From NCBI GenBank assembly GCA_951406725.2, contig OX597840.1:35836001-35900000 (forward strand): a stretch of 64,000 nt of DNA, in the 5' to 3' direction. The first letter of the stretch is position 1. Each line of letters starts with the position of its first letter. The notes below the pieces were generated by a model, which worked only from the letters and a program-made list of their open reading frames with translations, had not been told where the DNA came from and ran no database searches. Source of the DNA: Octopus vulgaris. Its lineage: Eukaryota. Both the position numbers and the translations under genes were made by a program. This document shows, piece after piece, positions 1-15,587 of the stretch.

Positions 1-242
1 GTTCGAACTCTGATGCTAAATCTAAATCACAGACTATCAAATGAATCGAGTTGAACCGCGAAAGGTTAAACAAACTTGGCTCATCGAGTTAACAAACACA
101 GCGATATTTATTCAAATTCTTACAAACCCAAACAAATTCCCATGTCAAATTGATAAATGTTAAATGCCCTTCTCTCGAGAAAGAGGGCAAAGGTTTTGCG
201 ACTATAAATATAGCTTTCCACTGAAGAAATCGCTGAAAGCTT

Positions 243-1355
<1,113 letters not shown>

Positions 1356-1361
1356 GCATGG

Positions 1362-1641
1362 AGGGTATCAGGGTGTGTATAAGTCTTGAAAAAATTACAA
1401 AAATCGATTCCAGGTGAGAATGTGATCGATAAAGCCGCGGGAACGTGCATTTGTAAAATCGTTTTTCTTGGAAGTCTATCTTTATTTCTTCTTTTGCTGG
1501 TGTCTCAAATTTAGGTCAAACCAGTGTTTCTCAAAGGGGAGGCCTATGGGAAGGTCGGACAAGTTGTTTTGAGAAAATTTGGTTTAAATGTTTGACAACT
1601 CAGCACCGTCCATTGGACGGGTGGGGCGGGCGTTTTGCTCG
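1362..1641 (+). mobile_element. Non-autonomous Helitron, 3' part (same family as 35901-36354)
   Basis: Near-identical to 36000-36354. Ends in hairpin ccgtcca-t-tggacgg followed by a degenerate CTRR (ctcg). Confidence 0.7.
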
Positions 1642-2079
1642 TTTAATTATAAAAATGCAATTTGGATTCTTTTAAAAATCGAATTGGATATAAGGGTCTA
1701 CGGGAGCTAAATAGGAATCAAAGGGGTTCATAGATAAAAATAAAAGAGAACCGCTAAGCAGGATGGAATTGACTTTCTTCCAGTGTTGAAATTATAATGT
1801 CACAGATTCCAGACTTGATTTCTAAGTTTAGAATTTCACCATCACAACCGCCAATACCAATTAAGCGATGAACCGGTTTTCAAAAATTGATATCAATTAT
1901 ATTTGCTGAAAGACAAGCAATTTCAATGAAGATTAGTCTCAGCTACTTATAGCTGGAATTACATTTCGAAGTCACACGCTACGGACATAAATTCTGTATG
2001 TTCATACATGCCGCCCGCCAACATCAGTTTATATGTTTGTTCGGAGGATTTTAAGTGTCTGTATGAATTTATCAGATTA

Positions 2080-2096
2080 CACACATACACGCACAC

Positions 2097-2155
<59 letters not shown>

Positions 2156-2320
2156 TACACACACACACACACACACAAAAACATACACACACACACGTAC
2201 ACACACACACACACATACACACACAAACATACACACACACGTACACCCCCACGCGCGCGCGCACACACACACACACACGCACACACGCACGCACTCAAGC
2301 ACACACACAATCACACATAT
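2080..2320. repeat. (CA)n microsatellite
   Basis: Visible run. Confidence 0.95.
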
Positions 2321-2545
2321 ATCTGTGTAGGTGTGTGTCTTTTAGCTTATGTTTATCTTGCGCCACCGTTTCACAATCGGTGTTGGTTTTGTCAACTTCC
2401 CCATAACTTTCCACGTTCGCGTCATAGCACCTGTTTCAGGACCCTCTGATTATTCATTCGAATAAGGAGTCCACTCCGAAGTAAACGTTGGTTGTACACC
2501 AATGCATCAATGCTTAGAAGGTGGGGACAAACACAGACACAAAAA

Positions 2546-3080
2546 CTGGCGCCCTCTGTTTCTTCCCCCTCTTTCTTCCACCCTCTTTAATTCCTTCTCT
2601 CTCTTTCTCTCTCTCTCTCTACTCTCACGTGACCTGCTGATCAACTAGCCATTCCGCTGGTGACCGCTGCCGGTTCAACATTGTCTTCGTCCGCCGAAAA
2701 GGCATTTTTTCAAAACACGCCAGCTAAGATAAGTTGAATTTGTCTAAAGTCGTAAGACACCTACTGTTGTCCTGTTGTTACCATTCTTTTTTTTAATTTT
2801 TGTTTTTTGTTTTTTGTATTTATATTCGTGTGGCTTCGTCCGTTTATCTGTCCTTGTTTCGTTTACATTCGATCCTTTTTCCAAGAAACCTAATGCTCGC
2901 AGCTTAGTTTTTCATTGGGGCTGGCCGTTTCGGAGCAATATCAGAATTAATCAGCCGAAATTTGCTATGATGATCCGGTTCCTGACTGAAGATTAAAGGC
3001 TTCGAATGACCCGTCTGTTTTCTGTGTTCGTCCCTTTGTGTATTTCACGTTCTTGTCCCTTTTTATATATAATTTTTATA
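2546..3080 (+). mobile_element. Unclassified interspersed repeat (family F) inserted into a SINE-B copy
   Basis: Its 3' part (atcagccgaaatt...gactgaagattaaaggcttcgaatgacccgtc) recurs at 32828-32960. It splits SINE-B sequence at 2495-2545 from 3180-3326 and ends at (TA)n. Confidence 0.6.
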
Positions 3081-3105
3081 CCTATATATATATATATATA
3101 TATAT

Positions 3106-3179
<74 letters not shown>

Positions 3180-3182
<3 letters not shown>

Positions 3183-3326
3183 CGACGGGCTTCTTTCAGT
3201 TTCCGTCTACCAAATGCACTCACAAAGATTTGGTCATCCCGTGCCTGTAGTAGAAAACGTTTGTGTAAGGTGCCACGTAGTGGAACTGAACCCGGAACCA
3301 TGTGATTGGGAAGCCACGCCTGCGCC
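3180..3326 (-). mobile_element. SINE-B 5' half (tRNA head plus CORE-like segment)
   Basis: Matches the complete copy at 54466-54887. Confidence 0.85.
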
Positions 3327-4016
3327 TATATATATATGTACACACACAAACACACTGAGCCCTGTGCCCTCACGCATATACATATATGCGTCGATTTATG
3401 GAAGCTAAAATATATACACCTACTCCATCTATATGTACCAAATTATATAAATAAATAAAGAAGTAAATAAGTTAACTATCTATGTTGAATAAAATAATGA
3501 AATTTTAAAAATCAGTTTTTGCATATTTGGGTCTAGAATAATGTACAAAACGAAATTTTGATTCGCTGATCATCATTTTAAAATCTTTGGTGAAATCTGG
3601 AAAAATTCGTGATTGAAGCGAAGCTGATTTTAGTATGAAAGCTATGGGCATATACACTGCGTTTCATCTATAATCTTGGAGATGAAAAGAATAGTAGCAG
3701 CGATATGATATTTAGATATACAACTAAACGTAGCTGTATTGATGCACCCACATTTACTCACTCTGTCACACACACACACACACACACACACACAAATATA
3801 CACACATACACTCGCACACACTAACAGTGGTATATACGTACCTAAATGCATCCCCACACGAGCACATATGAATATGGATACAGATGTGTATACACAAACG
3901 CACTCAAATACATATATGTATATATTATGAATATACACACACATAATATATACATAATTATAACTACACTTAAATACATAGCTAAATGTAAACCTTCATA
4001 GACACACAGACACACA

Positions 4017-4079
<63 letters not shown>

Positions 4080-4106
4080 ATATATATATACATATATATA
4101 TATATG

Positions 4107-4144
<38 letters not shown>

Positions 4145-4261
4145 AATAGATATATAAACATGCATAAATATATATACATACATATATATATACATAAAGA
4201 TCTGTACATCTATATATTTATATATATATATATATACACGCACACATATATGCATGTATAT

Positions 4262-4430
4262 AGTGAGAATTTACCAAAAAAAAAACCAACAACAAAAGAT
4301 TAAGACGCGTGTGTAAACAACAAACAGATGTATTAGTTTAATGCTTGGGAAGTGAGAAAGTCTTTTATGTTTCGAGCCTATGCTCCTCGGCAGAAAGGAA
4401 CACAGAAATAAACAGGGAGAGAAAATAAAA
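4262..4430 (-). mobile_element. Penelope-like element 3' terminus with hammerhead motif (4362-4397)
   Basis: Homologous to 29270-29426 and 59995-60140. Minus strand reads cttt-CTGCCGA-g-gagc-atag-gctc-GAAA-cata-aaag. Confidence 0.7.
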
Positions 4431-4827
4431 TAAAATATAATAAGATAAAATAATATATATATATGTAGTTATTTAAACTTTAGGAACCAAGCGAAACCGA
4501 GTTTATTGAGTGAGGTGCCTTTTGAAAAGTCAGCTAACGAGAAATATCTGCATGGAAGGATGCACCACAACCAGTCGTACAAAGTCTCACCTGTGAAGGA
4601 CCGACGCAAGGTGGGTCGAAACGATAGTTGTAGTCGGAAGGTTAGACCGTTGAAGGCTATGGCCATGCTAGGGCACTGCCAGTGTATATACATATACTTC
4701 CACATACACATACACATATTTATATATACATACATATATGTATATACACACACACACACACTCGCGCGCTCGTGCACACACATACCTACACACATAAACA
4801 CGCATACACGACGGGTCTCTAGTTTCT

Positions 4828-5512
4828 TATTTCTTTATTGCCTACAAGGGGCTAAGCATAAAGGGGACAGACAAGGACAGACCAAGGGATTAAGTCGATT
4901 ACATCGATCCCGGTGCGTAACTGGTACTTTATTTATCGACCCCGAAAGGATGAAAAGCCAAATCGACCTTGGCGGAATTTGAACTCAGAACATAGCGGCA
5001 GACGAAATACTTATTTCTTTACTACCCACAAGGGGCTAAACACAGAGAGGACAAACAAGGACAGACACACGGATTAAGTCGATTATATCGACCCTAGGTT
5101 ACCGTGGTCTTTTCCGTAGGATTTCTTTCCACGGATAAACCTTATCTGCTTCCCCCTTTACACTTTATCTCATGACATTTCTGTGATACACGATCCCTAT
5201 TGATCGTTTTTTCGTTTACTTTTTTCTTTCCCTTTTACGATCCTTTTTGATCGAAAACCTACCCCACTTTTATTTTTTTCTCCCCAAAAAGAAAAGCTCT
5301 ACTTTGTAATCTTTCCCGTCTGTGTGTAGCTCTGTGTGGCTAATAAAGAAACATATATCGACCCCAGTGCGTAACTGGTACTTATTTAATCGACCCCGAA
5401 AGGATGAAGGGCAAAGTCGACCTTGGTGGAATTTGAACTCAGAACGTAGCGGTAGGCGAAATACCGCTAAGCATTTCGTCCGGCGTGCTAACGTTTCTGC
5501 CAGCTCGCCGCC
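4828..5512 (-). mobile_element. SINE-A dimer (one head, two bodies) interrupted by LINE 3' fragment E
   Basis: Head ggcggcgagctggcagaaacgttagcacg near 5512; B-box-like gagttcaaatt; unit junction gaaatacttatttc near 5003-5016. Confidence 0.9.
5095..5353 (+). mobile_element. 5'-truncated non-LTR retroelement 3' UTR (element E) with 11-bp TSD
   Basis: Flanked by tatatcgaccc at 5084-5094 and 5354-5364. Ends in gctaataaagaaaca. Second copy at 63548-63731. Confidence 0.85.
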
Positions 5513-6169
5513 TTAATTTCTTTTAGTTTCTGCTTACCAAATCCGTTACACAAGGCCTCGGTTGGCCCGGATCTATAATTCAAAAAAATTACCTTAGGTG
5601 CCAAGCAGTGGGACCGAACACAGAACCATTTGGTTGCAAAACGAGCCAGCAAACCACACTGACAAACCTACGCCCAATTTAAAAAAAACAACAACGAAAT
5701 AAACAAATATATAAATAAATGAATATATAAATAAATATATGAACAAAACACCACACAGAAATAAATAAAAAATAATATTATCAAGTGCGAGGTGTCAATC
5801 ATCGCATCTGGCCACTGAAAGCAGAAAGAAAGAAGAAATGAAATTAAAAGGAAGAATAAAGGCCAGTGGACTCCGCCTTGTATCGCTGCTGTATTATTAA
5901 GTCTTGTTTCTGGTTCGCTGTTGTCATCATTAGGCAGCGATTGCTATAATTTCTAACATAACCTGTATCGATATAACTAGTTTCGTTTATTGGATGTTCG
6001 TTTGTGTGTTCTTTTTTTTTTTTATTATTCCGTCTTCTCAAAGTTAGCTACTTACATATTCCGCTGGTTGTTTGTTGTTCTCTGTTGGTGCTCGACTAAT
6101 TATAATTTGCATGTGGACTTGCAGTTACAACAACAACATCAACAACAGCACTAATGAATAAACATAATT

Positions 6170-6860
<691 letters not shown>

Positions 6861-7464
6861 AGCAACAAATAAACCATGTCAGGAAAATAAACATGTCAGC
6901 CAAAAAATAAAATCAAAAATTAAATAAAATATGCAAAATTAATGCACGAACAAAAAAAAAAAGCGTACAAAAATGAGCAAAAATCTCAAAATTTGTAATA
7001 TTCAAAATTTCAGATTTTGATGAAATTTCTATATTCTTTTGTGTTATTCCAATTTTTAAATTTTTTTTTATTTCATAATCTACCAAAATTTGCTTTTTTC
7101 CAATTTTATAGATATTTCGTTTTGCCTTTGATTTTTTGTTGTTGTTCTTGTTTCTATAGTAACGGTTGATTTAAAAAAATATATTTATATTTTGTACTTC
7201 TGTATTTATATATTTATATAATCAAGTTTGTTTCTAATCAGACCCAAAATTGTCCTTAATATTTCATATATTTCCTGATTATATAGTCTAATTGCGTTGC
7301 TTACTAAAAGCAATAATTAAATTTACGAATCTATCGATATTTTTCGATATTTTTTTGTCATTTATTTTTTTCCTCCATCAAATTATTTTCCCTCGACATT
7401 TTCTGCTTCTAGTTTTTATATTTCATTTCGCCCGTCAGTTTCGCTTTATGCTCCACATGTACGA

Positions 7465-7552
7465 ATGTGTGTGTGTGTGTGTGTAGGTGTAGGTGTGTGT
7501 AGGTGTGTATACGTACCTTACATATGCATACACACATACACACACACAGACA

Positions 7553-7588
<36 letters not shown>

Positions 7589-7640
7589 CAGATATATGTA
7601 TTTATACATTTTTAGATATAAAAATATCTGTATATATGTA

Positions 7641-7681
<41 letters not shown>

Positions 7682-8150
7682 TTATACATATATACGGATA
7701 TATGTATGTTTACATATTTATACATACACATATTTATGCATATATAAATCTCTCTCGGTATATATATATATATATATATACATGTGTGTGTGCACACATA
7801 CATACATATATACATACATACATACATACATACATACAAACATACATACATACATATATAGATATTGATATGTGCAAATATATATCCATGTAAACGTGTA
7901 TATATCAATATACCAATACATAAATATATATAACATGTATATACACACAAATATATATATATATACACACACATATACACACACACACACATATATATAC
8001 ATATATATACATGCACACACACACACACATATATGTATATATATACATACATACATACATACATACCTATACACACATATATACATACATATATATATGC
8101 ATGCACATATATATATATAGATACAGACATACATATATACATATATACGT

Positions 8151-8204
<54 letters not shown>

Positions 8205-8846
8205 ACATATATACACACACACGCAGAAAGTGAAATACATAAACGCAGGCACATACATGTATATACACTTATAGGATTATATAACTACATAAATACACCT
8301 ATATACACGTATATATGTATATGTATGTACGTGTGTGTATGCGTATGTGTGTGTGTATGTGTATGTTTGCTTACGTGCGAATGTACTCCTGCGATTCATG
8401 CGATTTTACCTGCTAAAAAACTCCGCGCCTTCTTTAACTCACTGAACTAGGAACCATTCCGTATAATGGTTCACACTATTTATTTAAGTCTTCGACTATA
8501 ATGAGATGCCATATTCGAAATTCGCAGCGGTTGATTGAGTTTCGACGGTTTCATTCTAAGAAATAACATGTGTACGGACGCATAGACTTGTATAGCCATA
8601 CACACCTTTACACACATTTACATACAGGTTCAGAAATACACACGCATACACTTACAAGAGCGCATACCTGTATTCACACCCATTTACACACACACCTATT
8701 CATTTATGTGTGAGTGTGTGCGTATGTATGTGTGTATACACACACGTGTATACATATCTTTCAACTTGTATTTTTTTATTCTCTAATGTGCCCCACACAA
8801 GCTATTTGACTCTTCCTTGGTCTGTCTGTCTGTCTCAATATATGTG

Positions 8847-8889
<43 letters not shown>

Positions 8890-8972
8890 CTACATATATA
8901 CACATGTATATGTACGTTTTTATATGTGTATGTACTCCTTATTGCGGGCTTCTCTCATTCTATATCTCCACA

Positions 8973-9053
<81 letters not shown>

Positions 9054-9118
9054 GTCTGTCTGTCTGTCTCTGTAGTCAATAGAACACACATCTGTGTATA
9101 CATATATCCGTGTCTCTC

Positions 9119-9164
<46 letters not shown>

Positions 9165-9640
9165 GAGAGACACGTATGTATGTATATATATGCATACATA
9201 AACGTGTGTGTGCATATATATATGCATATGTATGTATATATACATATATACACACACACGCATATATATATATATGTACATATATGCGTATGTATTCATA
9301 TATATATATATATATATGCATACATATATACACACACATATATATATATAATATGAATACATATATATGCATTAATATATATGTACATATATATGTGTGT
9401 ATATAATACACATATACATGTTTCTACGCTCATATACAACAAATATATTCACAATGTTGGTGCTATATGAAATGAAATTAATTGGTTTTCTTCAACTTAT
9501 TGCATTTCTCATAATATGGAAGCGAACATATTCCTCCAGAATTATTACAAAGAAAAGAAAATTTCTTCAAGATAAAAACAAACAACAATACACTTTAACG
9601 ACATGGCAACACTAGCAAAGCCACGCTACTGCTGCTGCTG

Positions 9641-9686
<46 letters not shown>

Positions 9687-10039
9687 AACTACTACTACTA
9701 CTACTTCTGTTCTGTGAGAGAAAGACTAGATGCGGTCATGAAATGTTTGAGGTCGTTCTTGTAATGACAGGCAAATGAATTCTGTCTACAAAAGGAAATA
9801 ATTCTACACGCTAGAAATAGAACTTCACATCTCAGGAGGAGCAGGAGGAGCAGGAGAAGGAGAAGAAGAAGAAGAAGAAGAAGAAGAAGAAGAAGAAGAA
9901 GAAGAAGGAAAAAAGCCAAACAATACACGCGCGCGATTGCTAGTGTACTCCTAGATGCACTTTGGCTAACACTGTATATATATATATATATGTATATATA
10001 TATGCATACAAACACACACATACATATATATATGCATAC

Positions 10040-10092
<53 letters not shown>

Positions 10093-10188
10093 TGTATGTA
10101 TATATGTTGATATACATATATATATGTACACGTACATATAAATATAAGTACAGACACACACACATATATATATGCTTATGTATGTATG

Positions 10189-10251
<63 letters not shown>

Positions 10252-10371
10252 GAGTGAAAGATACGTATATAGATATGTATTGATCAATAGAAAATAGACA
10301 GATAATTTGATTTTAATGAATGTATGTATACTTGCATATACATGTATGAATATATATTTTTTAGTCAATAT

Positions 10372-10452
<81 letters not shown>

Positions 10453-10517
10453 TGAATGTATGTATATATATATATATAGGGGTTAGGGGTTAGCCATATT
10501 CAAATGGCAAATATGCG

Positions 10518-10570
<53 letters not shown>
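7465..10570. repeat. Cluster of (TA)n/(CA)n/(TATC)n/(CTA)n/(GAA)n microsatellites with short unique spacers
   Basis: Visible runs. Confidence 0.9.
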
Positions 10571-10856
10571 GCATTGATGAAGCGTAACCACAGAGAAACA
10601 CGTGAATTACTACTCGATGACGTCATTCGGAGCTGAGCTTGCTGTGTTTCTGCACTACAAAATCTAGAAAAAAAGAATACCTGCCAATAACTACTGCAGC
10701 GAAAAGTCTTTTTCACGTTTGAGTACACACGACCGTATCAACATATAAATTCACAGAGCTTCATTTCTAAGTGTCTCTGCTTTCTGTGCTTAAACGAAAT
10801 GATTAATTCCAGCTTGACAAATCTCACCACACAGCAGCGAGTGTATTTTTAAAATA

Positions 10857-11542
10857 TGTGGAGGCGCAATGGCCCAGTGGTTAGGGCAGCGGACTCGCGG
10901 TCGTAGGATTGCGGTTTCGGTTCCCAGACCGGGCGTTGTGAGTGTTTATTGAGCGAAAACACCTAAAAGCTCCACGAGGCTCCGGCAGGGGATGGTGGTG
11001 ATCCCTGCTGTACTCTTTCACCACAATTTTCTCTCACTCTTACTTCCTGTTTCTGTTGTACCTGTATTTCAAGGGGCCGGCCTTGTCACTCTCTGTGTCA
11101 CGCTGAATATCCCCGAGAACTACGTTAAGGGTACTCGTGTCTGTGGAGTGCTCAGCCACTTACACGTTAATTTCACGAGCAGGCTGTTCCGCTGATTCGG
11201 ATCAACCGGAACCCTCGTCGTCGTAACCGACGGAGTGCTTCCATATTGAGCGAAAACACCTAAAGCTCCACGAGGCTCCGGCAGGGGATGGTGGTGATCC
11301 CTGCTGTACTCTTTCACCACAACTTTCTCTCACTCTTACTTCCTGTTTCTGTTGTACCTGTATTTCAAAGGGCCGGCCTTGTCACTCTCTGTGTCACGCT
11401 GAATATCCCCGAGAACTACGTTAAGGGTACTCGTGTCTGTGGAGTGCTCAGCCACTTACACGTTAATTTCACGAGCAGGCTGTTCCGCTGATTCGGATCA
11501 ACCGGAACCCTCGTCGTCGTAACCGACGGAGTGCTTCCATCC
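10857..11542 (+). mobile_element. SINE-C (tRNA-derived head, possibly tRNA-Arg-like) with tandemly duplicated ~296-bp body
   Basis: A-box-like tggcccagtggttag and B-box-like ggtttcggttccc. Body 10947-11243 is repeated at 11244-11540. TSD atttttaaaata at 10845-10856 and 11543-11554. Confidence 0.88.
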
Positions 11543-11956
11543 ATTTTTAAAATAAATTTTAACGAACAAAATATTTTTGCTTCCTTTACTCCTTTTCCTT
11601 TTTTACCCCCTTTTTTCCCCTCTTTTCCCCCAATACTTTTCTAATTCATGTTGACGAAGGATAAACGTCCGAAATATCAAGAAACTCCTTACGCATTTCA
11701 AGTACTCTTCCCGCCTTAATTTAATTCCGACTTGACATTAGCCTTTCTGTTCCTTGTTTATTCTTTTTAAATTTCTCTCAAGGTGACTACGTATACCATA
11801 CGTGGTACTTCGTTATTTCTCTATTCTTACCATTTTTTTAAAAACTGCTTCTTGATTTTATAAACATCTACAGCTTTCCATTTACACATAAAGATTTGCT
11901 TGTCAGTTGTTTGACCTTAACCAGTTGAGCATGTCCCTTAATGGCTGACGATATGT

Positions 11957-12185
11957 GCGGCGAGCTGGCAGAATCGTTTGCACGCCGGGCGAAATGCGTA
12001 GAATATTTCGTCTGCCGTTACGTTCTGAGTTCAAATTCTGCCGAGGTCGACTTTGCCTTTCATCCTTTCGGGGTCGATAAATTAAGTACCAGTTACGCAC
12101 TGGGGTCAATATAATCGACTTAATCCCTTTGTCTGTCCTTGTTTGTCCCCTCTGTGTTTAGCCCCTTGCGGGTAGTAAAGAAATA
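11957..12185 (+). mobile_element. SINE-A monomer
   Basis: Head, gtcgactttgcctttcatcctttcggggtcgataaa central domain, tail ending gtaaagaaata. Confidence 0.92.
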
Positions 12186-12377
12186 CATTTACACATAAAG
12201 TCTTTTGTGTGTTTGTGTGTTTGTGTTTGTGTGTGTGTGTGTGTGCGTGTGTGTGTGTGTGTATGAATATACGTTTGTCATCGTTTCTGAGTTTATCATT
12301 TTTTTTAACGGTTTAAAACCCATGGTATAAAAACAGATCGTGTTGTGTCAAAAGGTTTGCAATATTTTGGTAAGTTA

Positions 12378-12772
12378 AAGCGGCGAGCTGGCAGAAACGT
12401 TAGCACACCGGGCGAAATACTTAGCGGTACTTCGTCTGTCGTTACGTACTGAGTTCAAATTCCGTCGAGGTCGACTTTGCCTTTCATCCTTTCGGGGTCG
12501 ATTAGATAAGTACCAGTTATGCACTGGGGTTGATATAATAGACTTAATCCCTTGGTCTGTCCTTGTTTGTCCCCTCTGTGTTTAGCCCCTTGTGGTTAGT
12601 AAAGAAATAGGTATTTCGTTTGTCTTTACGTTCTGAGTTCAAATTCCGCCGAGGTCGACTTTGCCTTCTATCCTTTCACGGTCGAAAAATTAAGAACCAG
12701 TTGCATAATGGGGTCGTTCAAACTGATTAGCCCCCTCCCAAAATTTCGGGCCTTGCGCCTAGAGTAGAAAAG
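12378..12772 (+). mobile_element. SINE-A dimer whose two units have different 3' tails
   Basis: 17-bp TSD aatattttggtaagtta at 12361-12377 and 12773-12789. Junction gaaata|ggtatttcg near 12604-12618. Confidence 0.9.
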
Positions 12773-13089
12773 AATATTTTGGTAAGTTATTTGCTTTATT
12801 CATCAAGTTATAACAAAAGCCGCCAAGCATTTAAAAGAAGAGGCCATTGTGTTGGAGCGTCTGAAGTCACCTTTCTGATGTATGTCTGTGTGTGTGTGTG
12901 TCCTCAAAGTACAAGAACTGGTATCAGCGTGGGATCAAAGAACTGGCAGAAAGTTGGCTTCAGACGCTCCCACACAATGGCACGGATTCAGAGAGACTTG
13001 CGTGCGTAGCTTCGCATGTCAAGCAATTTGATTGAAGCCAAATGGTGTGACGGCACCAGGCACAAAATAAACTGTATTTTTATTGTTTT

Positions 13090-14810
<1,721 letters not shown>

Positions 14811-14939
14811 TCATACAAAACCATCGTACATCCATATACACATGCATACCTACACAAAGGTTTGAAACACACACGCAAAGAAAAAAAATGGCTGTAAAAT
14901 GCCCATAGGTGAAACGCACTTCTACATACGTACACACCG

Positions 14940-15110
14940 ACAAGGCGTGGCTGTGTGGTAAGTAGCTTGCTTCCCAACCACATGGTTCCAAGTTCAGTCC
15001 CACTGCTGCGTGGTACCTTGGGAAAGCATTTTCCGCTGTAGTCTCGAGCCGACCAAAGCATTGTGAGTGGATGTGGTGGACGGAAACTGAAAAAAGCCTG
15101 TTGTCTATAT
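14940..15110 (+). mobile_element. SINE-B 5' half
   Basis: ggcgtggctgtgtggtaagtagcttgc...accttgggaaag...ggaaactga. Confidence 0.85.
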
Positions 15111-15216
15111 ATGGAGCTTTGGGCGTTTTCATTCAATAAACACCCACAACACCCGGTCTGGTTATCGAAACCGCGATCCTACGACTGCGAATACGTTGCC
15201 CTAACCACTGGGCCAT
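15111..15216 (-). mobile_element. SINE-C head fragment
   Basis: Diverged reverse complement of about 10869-10975. Confidence 0.8.
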
Positions 15217-15220
15217 AATG

Positions 15221-15251
<31 letters not shown>

Positions 15252-15319
15252 GGTTCATATACATACATAAATATATTTATATCATTTCTCTACACACACA
15301 TACACACACATGCACACAG

Positions 15320-15362
<43 letters not shown>

Positions 15363-15587
15363 CACACACGCCCTCACTTAACAAATACAAAGAAAGAAAA
15401 TGAAATTGATAATTGAGTTTTATTGTTAACTTACCTTACGGAATTAGAGTGAAGGAGAGAGAGAAAGAGAGAGAGGGAGAGAGAGCGCGGGAGAGAGAGA
15501 AAGAGACAGAAAGAAAGAGAGAAGGAGGGGGAAGTCTGTAGGTAAATGACACGAAGCGTGTATAATGTGTGTTAATAATTTGTACGC

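Noticed and set aside
2960-3015. Hammerhead/HDV-like motif in family F (ctgactgaag...cttcgaat)
   Set aside because: Core spacing does not fit either ribozyme and GAAA-NUH is absent.
6050-6130. Possible minus-strand exon with GTAAGT donor (also near 15432; acceptor-like site near 40480)
   Set aside because: Isolated splice-like hexamers are expected by chance. No coherent coding exon chain was found; RNA-seq is needed.
10857-10935. Functional tRNA gene
   Set aside because: A/B boxes are present but there is no convincing cloverleaf or terminator. It continues into a SINE body flanked by a TSD.
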